From a bacterium (GTDB lineage Bacteria; Ratteibacteria; UBA8468; B48-G9; DTJG01), in the NCBI GenBank assembly GCA_029552985.1, contig JAKPDB010000121.1, positions 1-59,090 of the forward strand: 59,090 bases of DNA, given 5' to 3'. The position numbers and the translations under genes are program-made. Below, one piece after another: positions 1 to 9,861 of this stretch. The notes beneath the pieces are model-generated. The model was not told the origin of the DNA and did not search any database. It was given only the letters and a program-made list of their open reading frames with translations. Every line of letters starts with the position of its first letter. Positions within the stretch are counted from its first letter, which is position 1.

Positions 1-461
1 CCTGTGAAAAATTCACCTACTACTGGTGTCTCTGACCAGCAACTGTCTCCATTGACGACCTCTACATCAAATACTGTCAGATATTGTTCTGCATAATAGG
101 TGGTACCTGGTTGATTGTCTGGAGTGAATCCTACCTGAACTACTATATCCCATGGTGTATCACTGACTTCTAACGGCTCTATCCATACATATTCATTATA
201 TTGCGATGTGATGTGTGCCTTATCTGCACCCTGTATGATTGACCACTGGTAACTGCCCTGTTGCTCTGGAAATACCCATGCTTCCAATCCTGAGCCAATA
301 CCTACCAGGGGCATACTTGTGGGACCCATGATTATTACCAATGGCTCATCCTGCAAAATATTAGCTCCTTTATCTCTACCACCATCATAATATCCCAAAC
401 CTACCATCACAAAACAAAATATCAATAGAAAAATACTTGAGTGAAATTTATTGATTTTCAT
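1..461 (-). CDS. Hypothetical secreted protein, N-terminal part; runs off the left edge of the window
   Basis: Not in the ORF track. Manual translation from ATG at 461 (SD AGGAGA upstream) stays open to position 1: MKINKFHSSIFLLIFCFVMVGLGYYDGG...WVFPEQQGSYQWSIIQG...; basic N-terminus plus hydrophobic stretch looks like a signal peptide. Confidence 0.7.
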   Translation of the reverse strand, partial: MKINKFHSSIFLLIFCFVMVGLGYYDGGRDKGANILQDEPLVIIMGPTSMPLVGIGSGLEAWVFPEQQGSYQWSIIQGADKAHITSQYNEYVWIEPLEVSDTPWDIVVQVGFTPDNQPGTTYYAEQYLTVFDVEVVNGDSCWSETPVVGEFFT

Positions 462-485
462 ATCTTCTCCTTGTTTCCCACTTTG

Positions 486-514
486 ATATTACCCGGCCCC
501 GAGGATTTTGTCAA
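486..514 (-). promoter_or_regulatory. Sigma70-type promoter for the edge ORF
   Basis: Minus strand TTGACA-17 nt-TAATAT, about 25 nt upstream of the ATG at 461. Confidence 0.55.
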
Positions 515-574
515 GAGAGTGTTTTTATTGGTTATGTATGATAAAATTCTATTTAATCATACTGAAAGGTAGTC

Positions 575-1669
575 ATGAAAAATGGAATGTTTTGCGGAAA
601 AATCAGTTCTGATGATGCAAAGTGGATTTCAGAAAAAGGGTTTGATTTTGCTGTTGGTTCTGGTGATGAAGATTTTATTACATTGTGCCATAGGTATCAT
701 TTGAAACCATGGGCGTGCCTGGGAACATTTCATCCACCATCAAAAGATGAGAAATATCTTTGCGTAAGCATCACTGGTGAAAGGAAAGAATGGTTTTATT
801 CAGGATGCCCTAACAACCCTGATGTTATTGATTATGCTATTGAAAGGTACGGAAAACAAGCAGAAAAGGATGTCTATGGGATTTTTTGCGATGGTATCAG
901 GTTTGCATCTCCTGCATCAGGTCTTGAAGCATTTTTTACGTGTTTCTGCAATCACTGCGAAAAAAGGGCGATTGAATTAGGTCTTGATTTTCAAAGGATG
1001 AAAAACCATGTCTCAACTCTTTATCAGCATTGTAAAAATGGATTGCCATTTGTTGATAGATGTATTTCAAAAAGTCCTTCCCTGACCTTATTGTATTTTC
1101 TTTCTCTTCCGGGTGTTTGTGACTGGCTCTGGTTTAGAAAAAAAATTATTTCTGATTTTATTGAAAAATTGTCACATATCGTCAGGTCGAAAAATAAAAA
1201 ATTCGGTGGATACTTTTTCTCTCCATGCCTTTCAACACTTGTAGGTCAGGACTATTCTATGGTTGGAAATTTTATTGATGTTTGCTCACCAATGCTCTAC
1301 AGAAATACACCAGACAAAGGCTCAATCGCGCCTTTGAACACTGAACTTGAGGTGATGACTGAATGGGCAAAAAAAGAGAAAAGTCCTGACTGGGCTGTTC
1401 AATTTACAGGACTTTCAAGTGAAATAAAAAAGAAAAGCGATTTTCTCAAGAAAGGCATTTGCATTGAAGATATTGCAGAAGAGACATTTTTTGCACGAAA
1501 ACTTGTGGACAAGAAAGTCAAGCTCATCCCTATTTTGTGGTGGAAGGATAAAAGTATCAGAAAAACGATAAAAAAGGTGATGGATGCTGGTGCCTGTGGA
1601 ATTCAGATTTTCTGGTATACAGAAGAAACAAAAAAGTTCATTCACACATCACTGACGGAGTTTCTATGA
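575..1669 (+). CDS. Putative TIM-barrel glycoside hydrolase-like protein (GHL10-like), Cys-rich
   Basis: GIFCDGIRF followed by FFTCFCNHC and a later SPMLY motif resemble GHL10-type proteins; first gene of an overlapping 4-gene operon. Confidence 0.5.
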   Translation: MKNGMFCGKISSDDAKWISEKGFDFAVGSGDEDFITLCHRYHLKPWACLGTFHPPSKDEKYLCVSITGERKEWFYSGCPNNPDVIDYAIERYGKQAEKDVYGIFCDGIRFASPASGLEAFFTCFCNHCEKRAIELGLDFQRMKNHVSTLYQHCKNGLPFVDRCISKSPSLTLLYFLSLPGVCDWLWFRKKIISDFIEKLSHIVRSKNKKFGGYFFSPCLSTLVGQDYSMVGNFIDVCSPMLYRNTPDKGSIAPLNTELEVMTEWAKKEKSPDWAVQFTGLSSEIKKKSDFLKKGICIEDIAEETFFARKLVDKKVKLIPILWWKDKSIRKTIKKVMDAGACGIQIFWYTEETKKFIHTSLTEFL

Positions 1670-3807
1670 AAATTGAAAAAGAAAGTTCTGGCGGAAACAA
1701 TCTATATAAGATTACCAATGGCATTATCTCCATTGAGATTCTTGAACTGGATGGACGACTTCTCCAAATCTCACACTTAAGAAAAAAATATAAATTTCTG
1801 TCTGAAAGAATTTTTACTCTCGCAGCAAGAAGTAAATTCCCTTATGGCATCACAACCTGGGTCAAAACAGGCAGAATCAGGGATGGCGCTGCTGGGGTAC
1901 TATCAGAAAATGCTATCGGTTATGATGTACCAGTATCTGAACCAGTGAAAATTGAAGAAAAATCGAACAAATTTAAAGTACTATGTGTAATTGAAAAAAA
2001 TGCGCTGAAACTTGAAAAAATTTATGAAATTGAAAAGAATGTGCCATGGTTTACCTATACTACACGCTTGATAAATCAGGGCGAAAGAAGAAATTTGCAG
2101 CTTGAACACTTTTTCGTATGGAATTCAGATCACCATAGAGAAAGTACTTGTTTTGTTGTACCCCGTGAAAATGGTCTCGACCAGATTTTCTTTCCAGCAT
2201 TTGAGGAACTTGATTGCCACGCCATAAAACCATCAGAGCAATGGGCTGCATTTCTTGATTGTGATCAAAAGTCATCTGTGATATTTACCTTTTCTGGCAT
2301 CCATTGCATCGCAAGGTATATTGCTGGTGACAATGGCCAGTGTGCTGGATACTCACCTGAAATCATACTTGAAAAAAATGCAGAGATTGTAAATACCTAT
2401 CATTTTTACATTTTTCCCAATGTGAAAAAGCAAATTGAGAAATGTAGAGAAGTAGAGCCTATCAGAAAAAATCTCATGTTCTTGTGTGCGAAAAAAGATT
2501 ATATCAGCATAACACAATCTGTAGAAGATACAATCGAAAATATGCTGTGTGTACCAGAAAAATTTGTAAGAAATCCAGGACAATTTAATTTTAAATCCGA
2601 TGTTTCAATTGAAGCAACCGGACTTGAAAAAGAAGCAGAACTTTTTATCAGACAGATTGAGTTTGAATATGGAATAAAACTGAATAAGAAATCAGAGAAA
2701 AAGAAAATCAAGTTGATTGCCCAGGAACAAAAGGATTCTCAAGCATACCGATTGCGAGTCAATCCAGAAAATATCTGTATCACAGGTACACCTGAGTCCA
2801 TTCAATATGGACTTGAAACCCTTCTTGCCCTCTGCACAAAAACTGGAAACGATGTAATTACCCCATGCTGTGAAATAGAGGACAAACCTGAAGTAAAAAT
2901 TCGCGGAATGCTTATGTTTCCGTCCGGAAAAAGATGGGATGTTCTTTTAAAAAAATTTGCAATTGGAGTATTAACACAATTGCGATTCAATGCTTTCATG
3001 ATATATTTGAGCCCGGATAGTTTTGTTCCAAGCCAGCCAATAAAAAACATTAAACCAGTCCCCACAGCGATTGAAGAAAAAGATTTGAGAAATCTTGTGA
3101 CAGAAATGCAGTCGATGCATATCAAAGTACTTGTATGCTGCAGTACAAAACATGTTCTCTGTCCACAATGTCAAAAAGAAGATGCTGAAATCATGTGCGA
3201 ATTTTTAAAAAGAATTCATGACATTGTAAAACCTGATTTCATCAACATAGGTTATGATGAAATGGGAAGATTCAATGCGGGATGTCAGTGCAGTCCAGAT
3301 ATAAAAAATCACCACGCCTTTGTTAAATCAGTATCCTACTTCCACAATTTTTTAAAAATGCTTGGTACAAGAGCAAGTATATGGTGTGACATGCTTGTCA
3401 GAAAACCCGGCGACCCATTGGGATGGCTTGATGACCCTGAATGGGCAATAGAATCATTACCGAAGGATATCATACTCAATGATTATGAGTATATGCCTGA
3501 TGTTGTTGAATATCCAAGAATTGAAAGATGGAAAAATAAGGGATTTGATGTTGTTTGTACTCCATGGGCAATGGAAGAAAATATTCTTCACTGGGTGGAA
3601 TCAGCAAAAAAATACCATGCTGACGGCATCATAGGTTCATCATGGGCAGAAGGACCTTCAGAAAAAAAACTTGGATATATTGAAGGACTGATCTGGACAG
3701 GTTTATTAAGCTGGAGAAGCACAAATGTTGACATTTACAAAAAGAGCCCGATCGTAAAAAGATTTGCAAAAAAAATTGCAGAAAGAAAATGGGAGAAATA
3801 TGAATAA
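1666..3807 (+). CDS. GH20 beta-N-acetylhexosaminidase-like protein with an N-terminal beta-sandwich extension
   Basis: GH20 domain-2 signature (AYRLRVNPENICITG...YGLETLLAL, IEDKPEVKIRGML) and catalytic-like NIGYDEMG (acidic DE pair); about 280 extra N-terminal residues. Confidence 0.75.
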   Translation: MKIEKESSGGNNLYKITNGIISIEILELDGRLLQISHLRKKYKFLSERIFTLAARSKFPYGITTWVKTGRIRDGAAGVLSENAIGYDVPVSEPVKIEEKSNKFKVLCVIEKNALKLEKIYEIEKNVPWFTYTTRLINQGERRNLQLEHFFVWNSDHHRESTCFVVPRENGLDQIFFPAFEELDCHAIKPSEQWAAFLDCDQKSSVIFTFSGIHCIARYIAGDNGQCAGYSPEIILEKNAEIVNTYHFYIFPNVKKQIEKCREVEPIRKNLMFLCAKKDYISITQSVEDTIENMLCVPEKFVRNPGQFNFKSDVSIEATGLEKEAELFIRQIEFEYGIKLNKKSEKKKIKLIAQEQKDSQAYRLRVNPENICITGTPESIQYGLETLLALCTKTGNDVITPCCEIEDKPEVKIRGMLMFPSGKRWDVLLKKFAIGVLTQLRFNAFMIYLSPDSFVPSQPIKNIKPVPTAIEEKDLRNLVTEMQSMHIKVLVCCSTKHVLCPQCQKEDAEIMCEFLKRIHDIVKPDFINIGYDEMGRFNAGCQCSPDIKNHHAFVKSVSYFHNFLKMLGTRASIWCDMLVRKPGDPLGWLDDPEWAIESLPKDIILNDYEYMPDVVEYPRIERWKNKGFDVVCTPWAMEENILHWVESAKKYHADGIIGSSWAEGPSEKKLGYIEGLIWTGLLSWRSTNVDIYKKSPIVKRFAKKIAERKWEKYE

Positions 3808-4867
3808 AATTTGTGAAATCAAACCATGTGATACCCAACGGTATGAAGTAATAAGAAAATTTCTTCCTGAAAAAATCATTGATGTTCATACTCACCTCTG
3901 GAGAAAAAGGGACTATCCTGTTCAAAAAAAACATGATCCGAGGTTTGTAACCTGGCCATCAAGAGTTGCAGAAGAAAATCCCATTGAAGACCTTATTGAA
4001 ACTTATAAAGTTCTACTTCCAGGCAAACAGGTAGTTCCTGTCATGTTTCCAAACTTACCATCAGGAAATAACCTGGACGCTATCAATAGTTATGTCAGCG
4101 ATTGTTCAAAAAAAACCGGATACCCTGCTTTGATTTTCAGCGACCCTGAGTGGGCTTCTGAAGAACTTGAAGAAAGAATTATACAAGGGAATTTTATTGG
4201 GGCTAAAAGTTATATGAGTATGCTTCCTGAAACAATACCTCCTAATAACATCAATATTTTTGATTATTTTCCAAAACATCAACTTGAAATTCATGATAAA
4301 AATGGGTGGATTGTGATGCTCCATATTCCAAAAGAAGGGAGATTGAAGGACCCGGAAAATTTAAAGAATCTCTGTGAAATTGACAGAATTTATGAAAATA
4401 TTCAGGTCATTGTTGCGCATGTTGGAAGAGCTTACTGTAATCATGATGCGGGAAATGCCTTTGAAATATTGAAGAAAACAAAAAGAATTATGTTTGATAT
4501 CAGCGCCAATACCAATGAGAATATCTTTTCCATGCTGATTGAATGTGTTGGACCTGACAGAATTCTTTTTGGTTCAGACATGCCCATTACAAGAATGAGG
4601 ATGAGAAGAATTGAAAAAGATGGAATTTATGTAAATCTTGTGCCAAAAGGACTTTATGGAGACGTGTCCCGGGATAAACATATGGCTGAAATTGATGGAA
4701 TTGAAGCAGAAAATCTTACATTTTTTCTGTATGAAGAAATCGATGCTTTCAGAAAAGCATGCGAAAGGCAAAAGCTCAAAGATGATGACATTGAAAAAAT
4801 TTTTTATAAAAATGCTCTGAACATGATTGAAAAAGCAAAAAAGTGGAGGAAGTATGTTGATCATTAA
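3800..4867 (+). CDS. Amidohydrolase family protein (Amidohydro_2-like)
   Basis: IIDVHTH metal motif, IVAHVGR, RILFGSDMP; start moved to ATG 3800, overlapping the upstream stop. Confidence 0.85.
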   Translation: MNKICEIKPCDTQRYEVIRKFLPEKIIDVHTHLWRKRDYPVQKKHDPRFVTWPSRVAEENPIEDLIETYKVLLPGKQVVPVMFPNLPSGNNLDAINSYVSDCSKKTGYPALIFSDPEWASEELEERIIQGNFIGAKSYMSMLPETIPPNNINIFDYFPKHQLEIHDKNGWIVMLHIPKEGRLKDPENLKNLCEIDRIYENIQVIVAHVGRAYCNHDAGNAFEILKKTKRIMFDISANTNENIFSMLIECVGPDRILFGSDMPITRMRMRRIEKDGIYVNLVPKGLYGDVSRDKHMAEIDGIEAENLTFFLYEEIDAFRKACERQKLKDDDIEKIFYKNALNMIEKAKKWRKYVDH

Positions 4868-6185
4868 TAATCCCTATGAAATAAAAAATGGTCTGTGGCT
4901 GAAAGGTAATTTCCATATTCATACAACAAGAAGTGATGGCACATTAGGTCCTCAGGATACAATCAACCAATATGCTGAACTTGGACATGATTTTCTTTCA
5001 TTTTCAGACCATGACAATATAATGACAGACAATGAGTATAAGTTGCTCGACAGTAGAAATATGATTTTGATTTCTGGTATTGAAATTTCAGCCGGTGGCC
5101 CACATTTACTCTACATTGACTCCGAACAGAACATTACCTGTTATCCTGAAAGACAGAAGGTATTGAATGAAATTGAGAAAATCTACAGGGAAACTGGTCG
5201 TGGTTTTGCGGTTGTTAACCATCCTGACTGGGAACAACAATTTAACCACTGTACAATTGAGCAACTTATGGAATGGACAGGATATCTTGGCATGGAAATT
5301 TATAACGGAGTAATTGGACGGCTTGATGGAAGTCAATATGCCACCAACAAATGGGATATTCTTCTTTCTAAAGGTAAAAAGGTATGGGGCTTTGCCAATG
5401 ACGATGCACATAGAAAAGGCGACCATGGTCTTGGATGGAATGTTGTTTTTGCAAGAAAAAAAACAAAGGATGCTATTATTGAAGCAATTTTCAAAGGGAA
5501 TTTTTACTGTTCGACAGGCGTTCTGATAAGACATATTGAATGTGATGGCGATACAATTTACATAGAAACAGAAAATGCAAAGAAAATTGCTGCAATTCAA
5601 AATGTTGGGAAAAGATTTAAGGTTGTTTACGGAAATTGTATAAAGGTTGAGATACCTCAGGATGCAAAATATGTCAGGTTTGAGTGCTGGGGACAAGCAG
5701 AACAAATGGCATGGACACAGCCCTTTTTCGTTTCACTCAATGAAGTTGCTGTGGAACTTGAATATGTAAAGGACTGGTTGATTTCAAATCTTCTTGATAT
5801 CAGCGGCCTTGATGAAACAAATCCTGATGCAGCATTGAAATTTGCAAAGATTAAGACAGCCTGCGAGCCAGCAGGCACCGCACTTTCTGGATTTGTTGAC
5901 ACAAGAAAACAATCAAATGGTCAAGATGGAATTCTTTATCTTGTTTCAGAAGTACAATTTGAAAATGATACAAAGGCACTTTTATCTCTTGGGTATGATG
6001 GCCCGATAAGAGTATGGCTAAACGGAGAAGAGATATTTTATGGGCCAGGCACAAATCCCGCAATCAGGGACCAGCTAAAAATCTATACCCGGGTAAAAAA
6101 GGGAACCAATAAACTTGTCATCGCATTTGACACAAATGGTGGAAAGGCATGGGGAATCTTCTGTAAAATCAGGCCTGCATGTTGA
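4854..6185 (+). CDS. PHP-domain (CehA/McbA-like) metallohydrolase with C-terminal beta-sandwich domain
   Basis: [27 protein letters not shown] motifs; C-terminal [13 protein letters not shown]...GTNKLVI module; start ATG 4854 after GGAGG. Confidence 0.8.
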   Translation: MLIINNPYEIKNGLWLKGNFHIHTTRSDGTLGPQDTINQYAELGHDFLSFSDHDNIMTDNEYKLLDSRNMILISGIEISAGGPHLLYIDSEQNITCYPERQKVLNEIEKIYRETGRGFAVVNHPDWEQQFNHCTIEQLMEWTGYLGMEIYNGVIGRLDGSQYATNKWDILLSKGKKVWGFANDDAHRKGDHGLGWNVVFARKKTKDAIIEAIFKGNFYCSTGVLIRHIECDGDTIYIETENAKKIAAIQNVGKRFKVVYGNCIKVEIPQDAKYVRFECWGQAEQMAWTQPFFVSLNEVAVELEYVKDWLISNLLDISGLDETNPDAALKFAKIKTACEPAGTALSGFVDTRKQSNGQDGILYLVSEVQFENDTKALLSLGYDGPIRVWLNGEEIFYGPGTNPAIRDQLKIYTRVKKGTNKLVIAFDTNGGKAWGIFCKIRPAC

Positions 6186-7866
6186 GGAACTTTCTAATTT
6201 TTTCCCACTCATCCTTCAAGGAAACAGTCCGGTTGAAAACAATCTTTTCTGGAGTTGAATCAGGGTCGCACGCAAAATAGCCAATCCTTTCAAACTGAAA
6301 CCTGTCTCCAACCTTTGCCTCCTTCAAAGATGGTTCTGCCTTTGCCATTGCAATCTTTAAAGAATCTGGATTAATGTTGCAAGTAAAATCAGCACCTTCA
6401 GGAAATTCCAGCGGGTTTTTTTTCAAAAATAGCCGGTCATAGAGTCGTACCTCAATGTCAATACAATGTAGTGCAGAAACCCAGTGCAATGTTGCTTTGA
6501 CCCTTTTTTTATCAGGGCAATTACCGCCTCTGGTCGCAGGGTCATATGTACACTTTATGAGAGTAATTTTGCCTTCTGAATCCTTCTCAATATCTGTGCA
6601 TCTGATAAAGTACGCGTAACGAAGTCTGACTTCTCTTCCTGGAGCAAGTCGGTAAAACCCTGGTACTGGGTTTTCCATGAAATCCTGTTGATCAATATAA
6701 AGTTCCCGGCAAAATGGAACTATTCTTATGCCATCGTCAGAATTTTCAGGATTATTGATGGCTTCCAGATATTCAACTTTGCCTTTTGGATAATTTTCAA
6801 TGACCAGTTTTATTGGATTCAAAACCACCATTTTTCTCAGGCACACTTTGTTCAAATGTTCTCTAACAAAATGTTCAAGAAGTTCTATATCAATGACACT
6901 GTCTGTTTTTGCCACTCCAATGGCATTGCAGAACTTTCTGATTGCTTCTGGAGGATAACCTGCTCTTCTCATTCCTGCAAGAGTTGGCATACGCGGATCA
7001 TCCCATCCCCTTACAAAACTTTTTTTTACCAGTTCATTGAGGTATCTTTTGCTCAAAACAGTGTAGGTCATATTGAGCCGCGCAAATTCAATCTGCCTTG
7101 GATGGTGAACACCCAGCTGGTCGAGAAACCAGTCATACAGAGGCCTATGGTTTTCATACTCAAGAGAACAGAGGGAATGAGTAATTCCTTCAATTGAATC
7201 TTCAAGCCCATGTGCCCAATCATAAGACGGATAAATGTACCATTTATCACCTGTTCGATAATGAGGAATCTTTTTAATAATTCTGTACATCACAGGGTCT
7301 CTTAAATTGAGATTCGGGGATGCCATATCAATTTTTGCCCTGAGGGTTTTTGAACCTTCTGGAAATTCACCTTCCCTCATTCTCCGGAAAAGGTCAAGAT
7401 TTTCTTCAATACTTCTATTTCTATAAGGACTTTCTTTACCTGGTTCAGTGAGAGTTCCTCTGTACTGCCTTATTTCTTCCTGACTTAAATCGCATACATA
7501 TGCTTTGCCCTTTTTTATCAGTTCCACAGCATACTGATACATTTGCTCAAAATAGTCAGAGGCAAAAAATAATCTGTCTTCCCAATCATAGCCGAGCCAC
7601 CTGATATCCTGTTTTATTGCTTCAACATATTCGATGTCTTCTTTTGCAGGGTTCGTATCATCAAATCGCAAATTGCACTTGCCGCCGAATTCTTTTGCAA
7701 TCTCAAAATTCAGACATACTGCCTTTGCGTGCCCGATATGAAGATAACCGTTTGGCTCTGGAGGAAACCTGGTATGAACCTTGCCGCCAAATCGTCCCTC
7801 TTCAATATCCTTCCTGATAATTTCCCTGATAAAATCAACAGGTCTTTCAGAATTTTTGTTTTCCAT
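6169..7866 (-). CDS. glnS: Glutamine--tRNA ligase
   Basis: [17 protein letters not shown] (HIGH), VLSKR (KMSKS-like), [19 protein letters not shown]. Confidence 0.97.
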   Translation of the reverse strand: MENKNSERPVDFIREIIRKDIEEGRFGGKVHTRFPPEPNGYLHIGHAKAVCLNFEIAKEFGGKCNLRFDDTNPAKEDIEYVEAIKQDIRWLGYDWEDRLFFASDYFEQMYQYAVELIKKGKAYVCDLSQEEIRQYRGTLTEPGKESPYRNRSIEENLDLFRRMREGEFPEGSKTLRAKIDMASPNLNLRDPVMYRIIKKIPHYRTGDKWYIYPSYDWAHGLEDSIEGITHSLCSLEYENHRPLYDWFLDQLGVHHPRQIEFARLNMTYTVLSKRYLNELVKKSFVRGWDDPRMPTLAGMRRAGYPPEAIRKFCNAIGVAKTDSVIDIELLEHFVREHLNKVCLRKMVVLNPIKLVIENYPKGKVEYLEAINNPENSDDGIRIVPFCRELYIDQQDFMENPVPGFYRLAPGREVRLRYAYFIRCTDIEKDSEGKITLIKCTYDPATRGGNCPDKKRVKATLHWVSALHCIDIEVRLYDRLFLKKNPLEFPEGADFTCNINPDSLKIAMAKAEPSLKEAKVGDRFQFERIGYFACDPDSTPEKIVFNRTVSLKDEWEKIRKFLNMQA

Positions 7867-7906
7867 ATTGATAAGAGAGTGTTATTGAAAAAGCTGGACA
7901 GGATTT

Positions 7907-7934
7907 ATTATAAGATTTCAGAGAAAAAAGTCAA
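7907..7934 (-). promoter_or_regulatory. Sigma70-type promoter of glnS
   Basis: TTGACT-16 nt-TATAAT on the minus strand, about 40 nt upstream of glnS. Confidence 0.6.
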
Positions 7935-7938
7935 AGAA

Positions 7939-8664
7939 TCAGTCATTCAGATAGAACCAGTCATAGTAGTCATGACCCCAGCGATATTTGCCTTTACCAT
8001 GGTCAAGAATCTGTTTTTCAACATGGCCATCAAGAAACAGAACATTTTGGAATGCAGCAGTTCCATCACTCAGGGGATGATTGCTAACTGGTGTTTTGTA
8101 CCAGTAATGACTTGCAACATCAGCGGCATCATAGGAAATATCCCACATCACTGGGGTCCTGTCAGCCCATTTTGCATTGATCCTTGTTTTTGGTGTCGGT
8201 CTGCGAGGACTGCTGATAGTGAAATAGGTATTGTGCCAGCCATACCAGTAAGAAACCTCGGTAGGTCGTACTCCACCATCACCACCAACATAGTGATAAC
8301 TCATCATGGCATCACCTTTTGATGGCCATGTCCAGCTAGGATTTCCATAATATCGTCTGTACATATCGCCTGAGGCGCATGTCACAAGTTGCTTTTTAAC
8401 TTTATACCTGTCCTGCAATACCCTGCTAACACCAAGACGAATTCTGAATGCCTCTCCCCATGCTCCAGGAGGAAGCCAGTCATCATTATCCTCTGCATAA
8501 AGAAGAAAAATGATTCCAATCTGTTTAAGGTTGTTCATGCAGGAAACTTCTCTTGCCTTTTCTTTTGCCCTTATGATTACAGGCAGTAGCATCCCCGCAA
8601 GAATCGCGATAATCGCTACCACTATCAAAATCTCAATGAGGGTAAATCCTTTTTTCATCCACAC
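7939..8664 (-). CDS. Prepilin-type N-terminal cleavage/methylation protein, DUF1559-like (H-X9-DG C-terminal motif)
   Basis: [25 protein letters not shown] class III signal; [10 protein letters not shown]; C-terminal NHP...[10 protein letters not shown]. Confidence 0.85.
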   Translation of the reverse strand: MWMKKGFTLIEILIVVAIIAILAGMLLPVIIRAKEKAREVSCMNNLKQIGIIFLLYAEDNDDWLPPGAWGEAFRIRLGVSRVLQDRYKVKKQLVTCASGDMYRRYYGNPSWTWPSKGDAMMSYHYVGGDGGVRPTEVSYWYGWHNTYFTISSPRRPTPKTRINAKWADRTPVMWDISYDAADVASHYWYKTPVSNHPLSDGTAAFQNVLFLDGHVEKQILDHGKGKYRWGHDYYDWFYLND

Positions 8665-8682
8665 CTCCCTTTTCCTAGAAAT

Positions 8683-8711
8683 ATTATACTTCTTGGTTAT
8701 GAATATGTCAA
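8683..8711 (-). promoter_or_regulatory. Perfect-consensus sigma70 promoter for the DUF1559-like gene
   Basis: TTGACA-17 nt-TATAAT on the minus strand; GGAGGT SD just upstream of the GTG start. Confidence 0.75.
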
Positions 8712-8724
8712 GACGTCAGCCATA

Positions 8725-8752
8725 TTGATTTTTGTTCTCTCACGACTATAAT
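8725..8752 (+). promoter_or_regulatory. Sigma70-type promoter of the aldo/keto reductase gene
   Basis: TTGATT-16 nt-TATAAT. Confidence 0.5.
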
Positions 8753-8762
8753 ATCTCATGTT

Positions 8763-8821
8763 TGGCTAACCCATTGTTCTCTTCTGCAGGGAAAAGAAGA
8801 AGAGAAACATGGAAAAAGCCA
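8763..8821 (+). other. Long imperfect hairpin in the 5' leader of the aldo/keto reductase gene
   Basis: CCATTGTTCTCTTCT (8771-8785) matches the reverse complement of AGAAGAGAAACATGG (8798-8812) at 13 of 15 positions, closed by TGGCT/AGCCA. Confidence 0.45.
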
Positions 8822-8857
8822 CAAGTGAGGGTGAAATCTAAAGAAAAGGAGGCCAAT

Positions 8858-9859
8858 ATGAAATACAGATTGCTTGGAAAAACAGGAGTGAAAATTTCAG
8901 AAGTAGGACTTGGAACATGGCAGTTTGGCGGAACTGACTGGGGCAATATTTCAGAAAAAGATGCTCTTGAGATATTACACAAATCAGTCGAACTTGGAGT
9001 TAACTTCATTGATACTGCCGATGTGTATGGTATGGGCAGAAGTGAAAAAATTATTGGAAAATTCTTGAAGGAAACAAAAGAAACTGTTTATGTGGCAACA
9101 AAACTTGGAAGAAGAGAATGGGTTGAACAGAAAGGATGGCCAGCAAAATATACGACTGAAATGGTAAAAAAAGATATTGAAGATTCCTTGAGAAATCTTG
9201 GAGTTGATTCTATTTTTCTCCAGCAGTGGCATTGTATCCCAACAGAAATGTTGAAAAGCGGTGAGGCATTTGAACTGCTTGAAACTTTCAAAAAAAGGGG
9301 TCTGATACAGCACTGGGGATGTAGTATTGAATCTATCGAAGAAGGATTGATCTGCATGGAGCATCCTGGATGTGAAACATTGCAGGTAATTTATAACATT
9401 TTCAGGCAGAAAGTTACAGAACAACTTCTTCCTGTTGCAAAACAAAAAAATGTTGGTATTCTTGCAAGGGTTCCGCTTGCAAGCGGACTTCTGACAGGCA
9501 AATTTAAAAAGGGGCATAAATTTCCTGAAACAGACCACAGAAATTATAACGCAGATGGAACGGCATTTAATGTGGGAGAAACTTTTGCTGGCATTCCATT
9601 TGATAAAGGAGTGGAACTGGCTGAAAAAATTAAGTCAATGTTTAATCCGACTGATGACATCACAATGGCTCAACTTGCTTTACGATGGATTCTTGACCAT
9701 GATGCTGTTTCGACAGTAATTCCTGGAGCAACAAAAATTGAGCAGGCAATAAGCAATGCCAGGACGTCATCTATTCCACCTCTTGACGAAAGTGTGCATC
9801 AGAAACTATACCAGTTTTACAAAACTGAAATTGAACCTTATATCAGAGGAAGGTACTGA
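8858..9859 (+). CDS. Aldo/keto reductase
   Basis: YRLLGKTGVKISEVGLGTW, NFIDTADVYG, VATK, SGLLTGK, QLALRWIL, VIPGA; start ATG 8858 after AAGGAGG. Confidence 0.93.
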   Translation: MKYRLLGKTGVKISEVGLGTWQFGGTDWGNISEKDALEILHKSVELGVNFIDTADVYGMGRSEKIIGKFLKETKETVYVATKLGRREWVEQKGWPAKYTTEMVKKDIEDSLRNLGVDSIFLQQWHCIPTEMLKSGEAFELLETFKKRGLIQHWGCSIESIEEGLICMEHPGCETLQVIYNIFRQKVTEQLLPVAKQKNVGILARVPLASGLLTGKFKKGHKFPETDHRNYNADGTAFNVGETFAGIPFDKGVELAEKIKSMFNPTDDITMAQLALRWILDHDAVSTVIPGATKIEQAISNARTSSIPPLDESVHQKLYQFYKTEIEPYIRGRY

Positions 9860-9861
9860 AG

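Noticed and set aside
6169-7866. Presence of glnS as a sign of a recent horizontal island
   Set aside because: Composition matches its neighbours and there are no mobility genes or flanking repeats; GlnRS is patchily but widely distributed.
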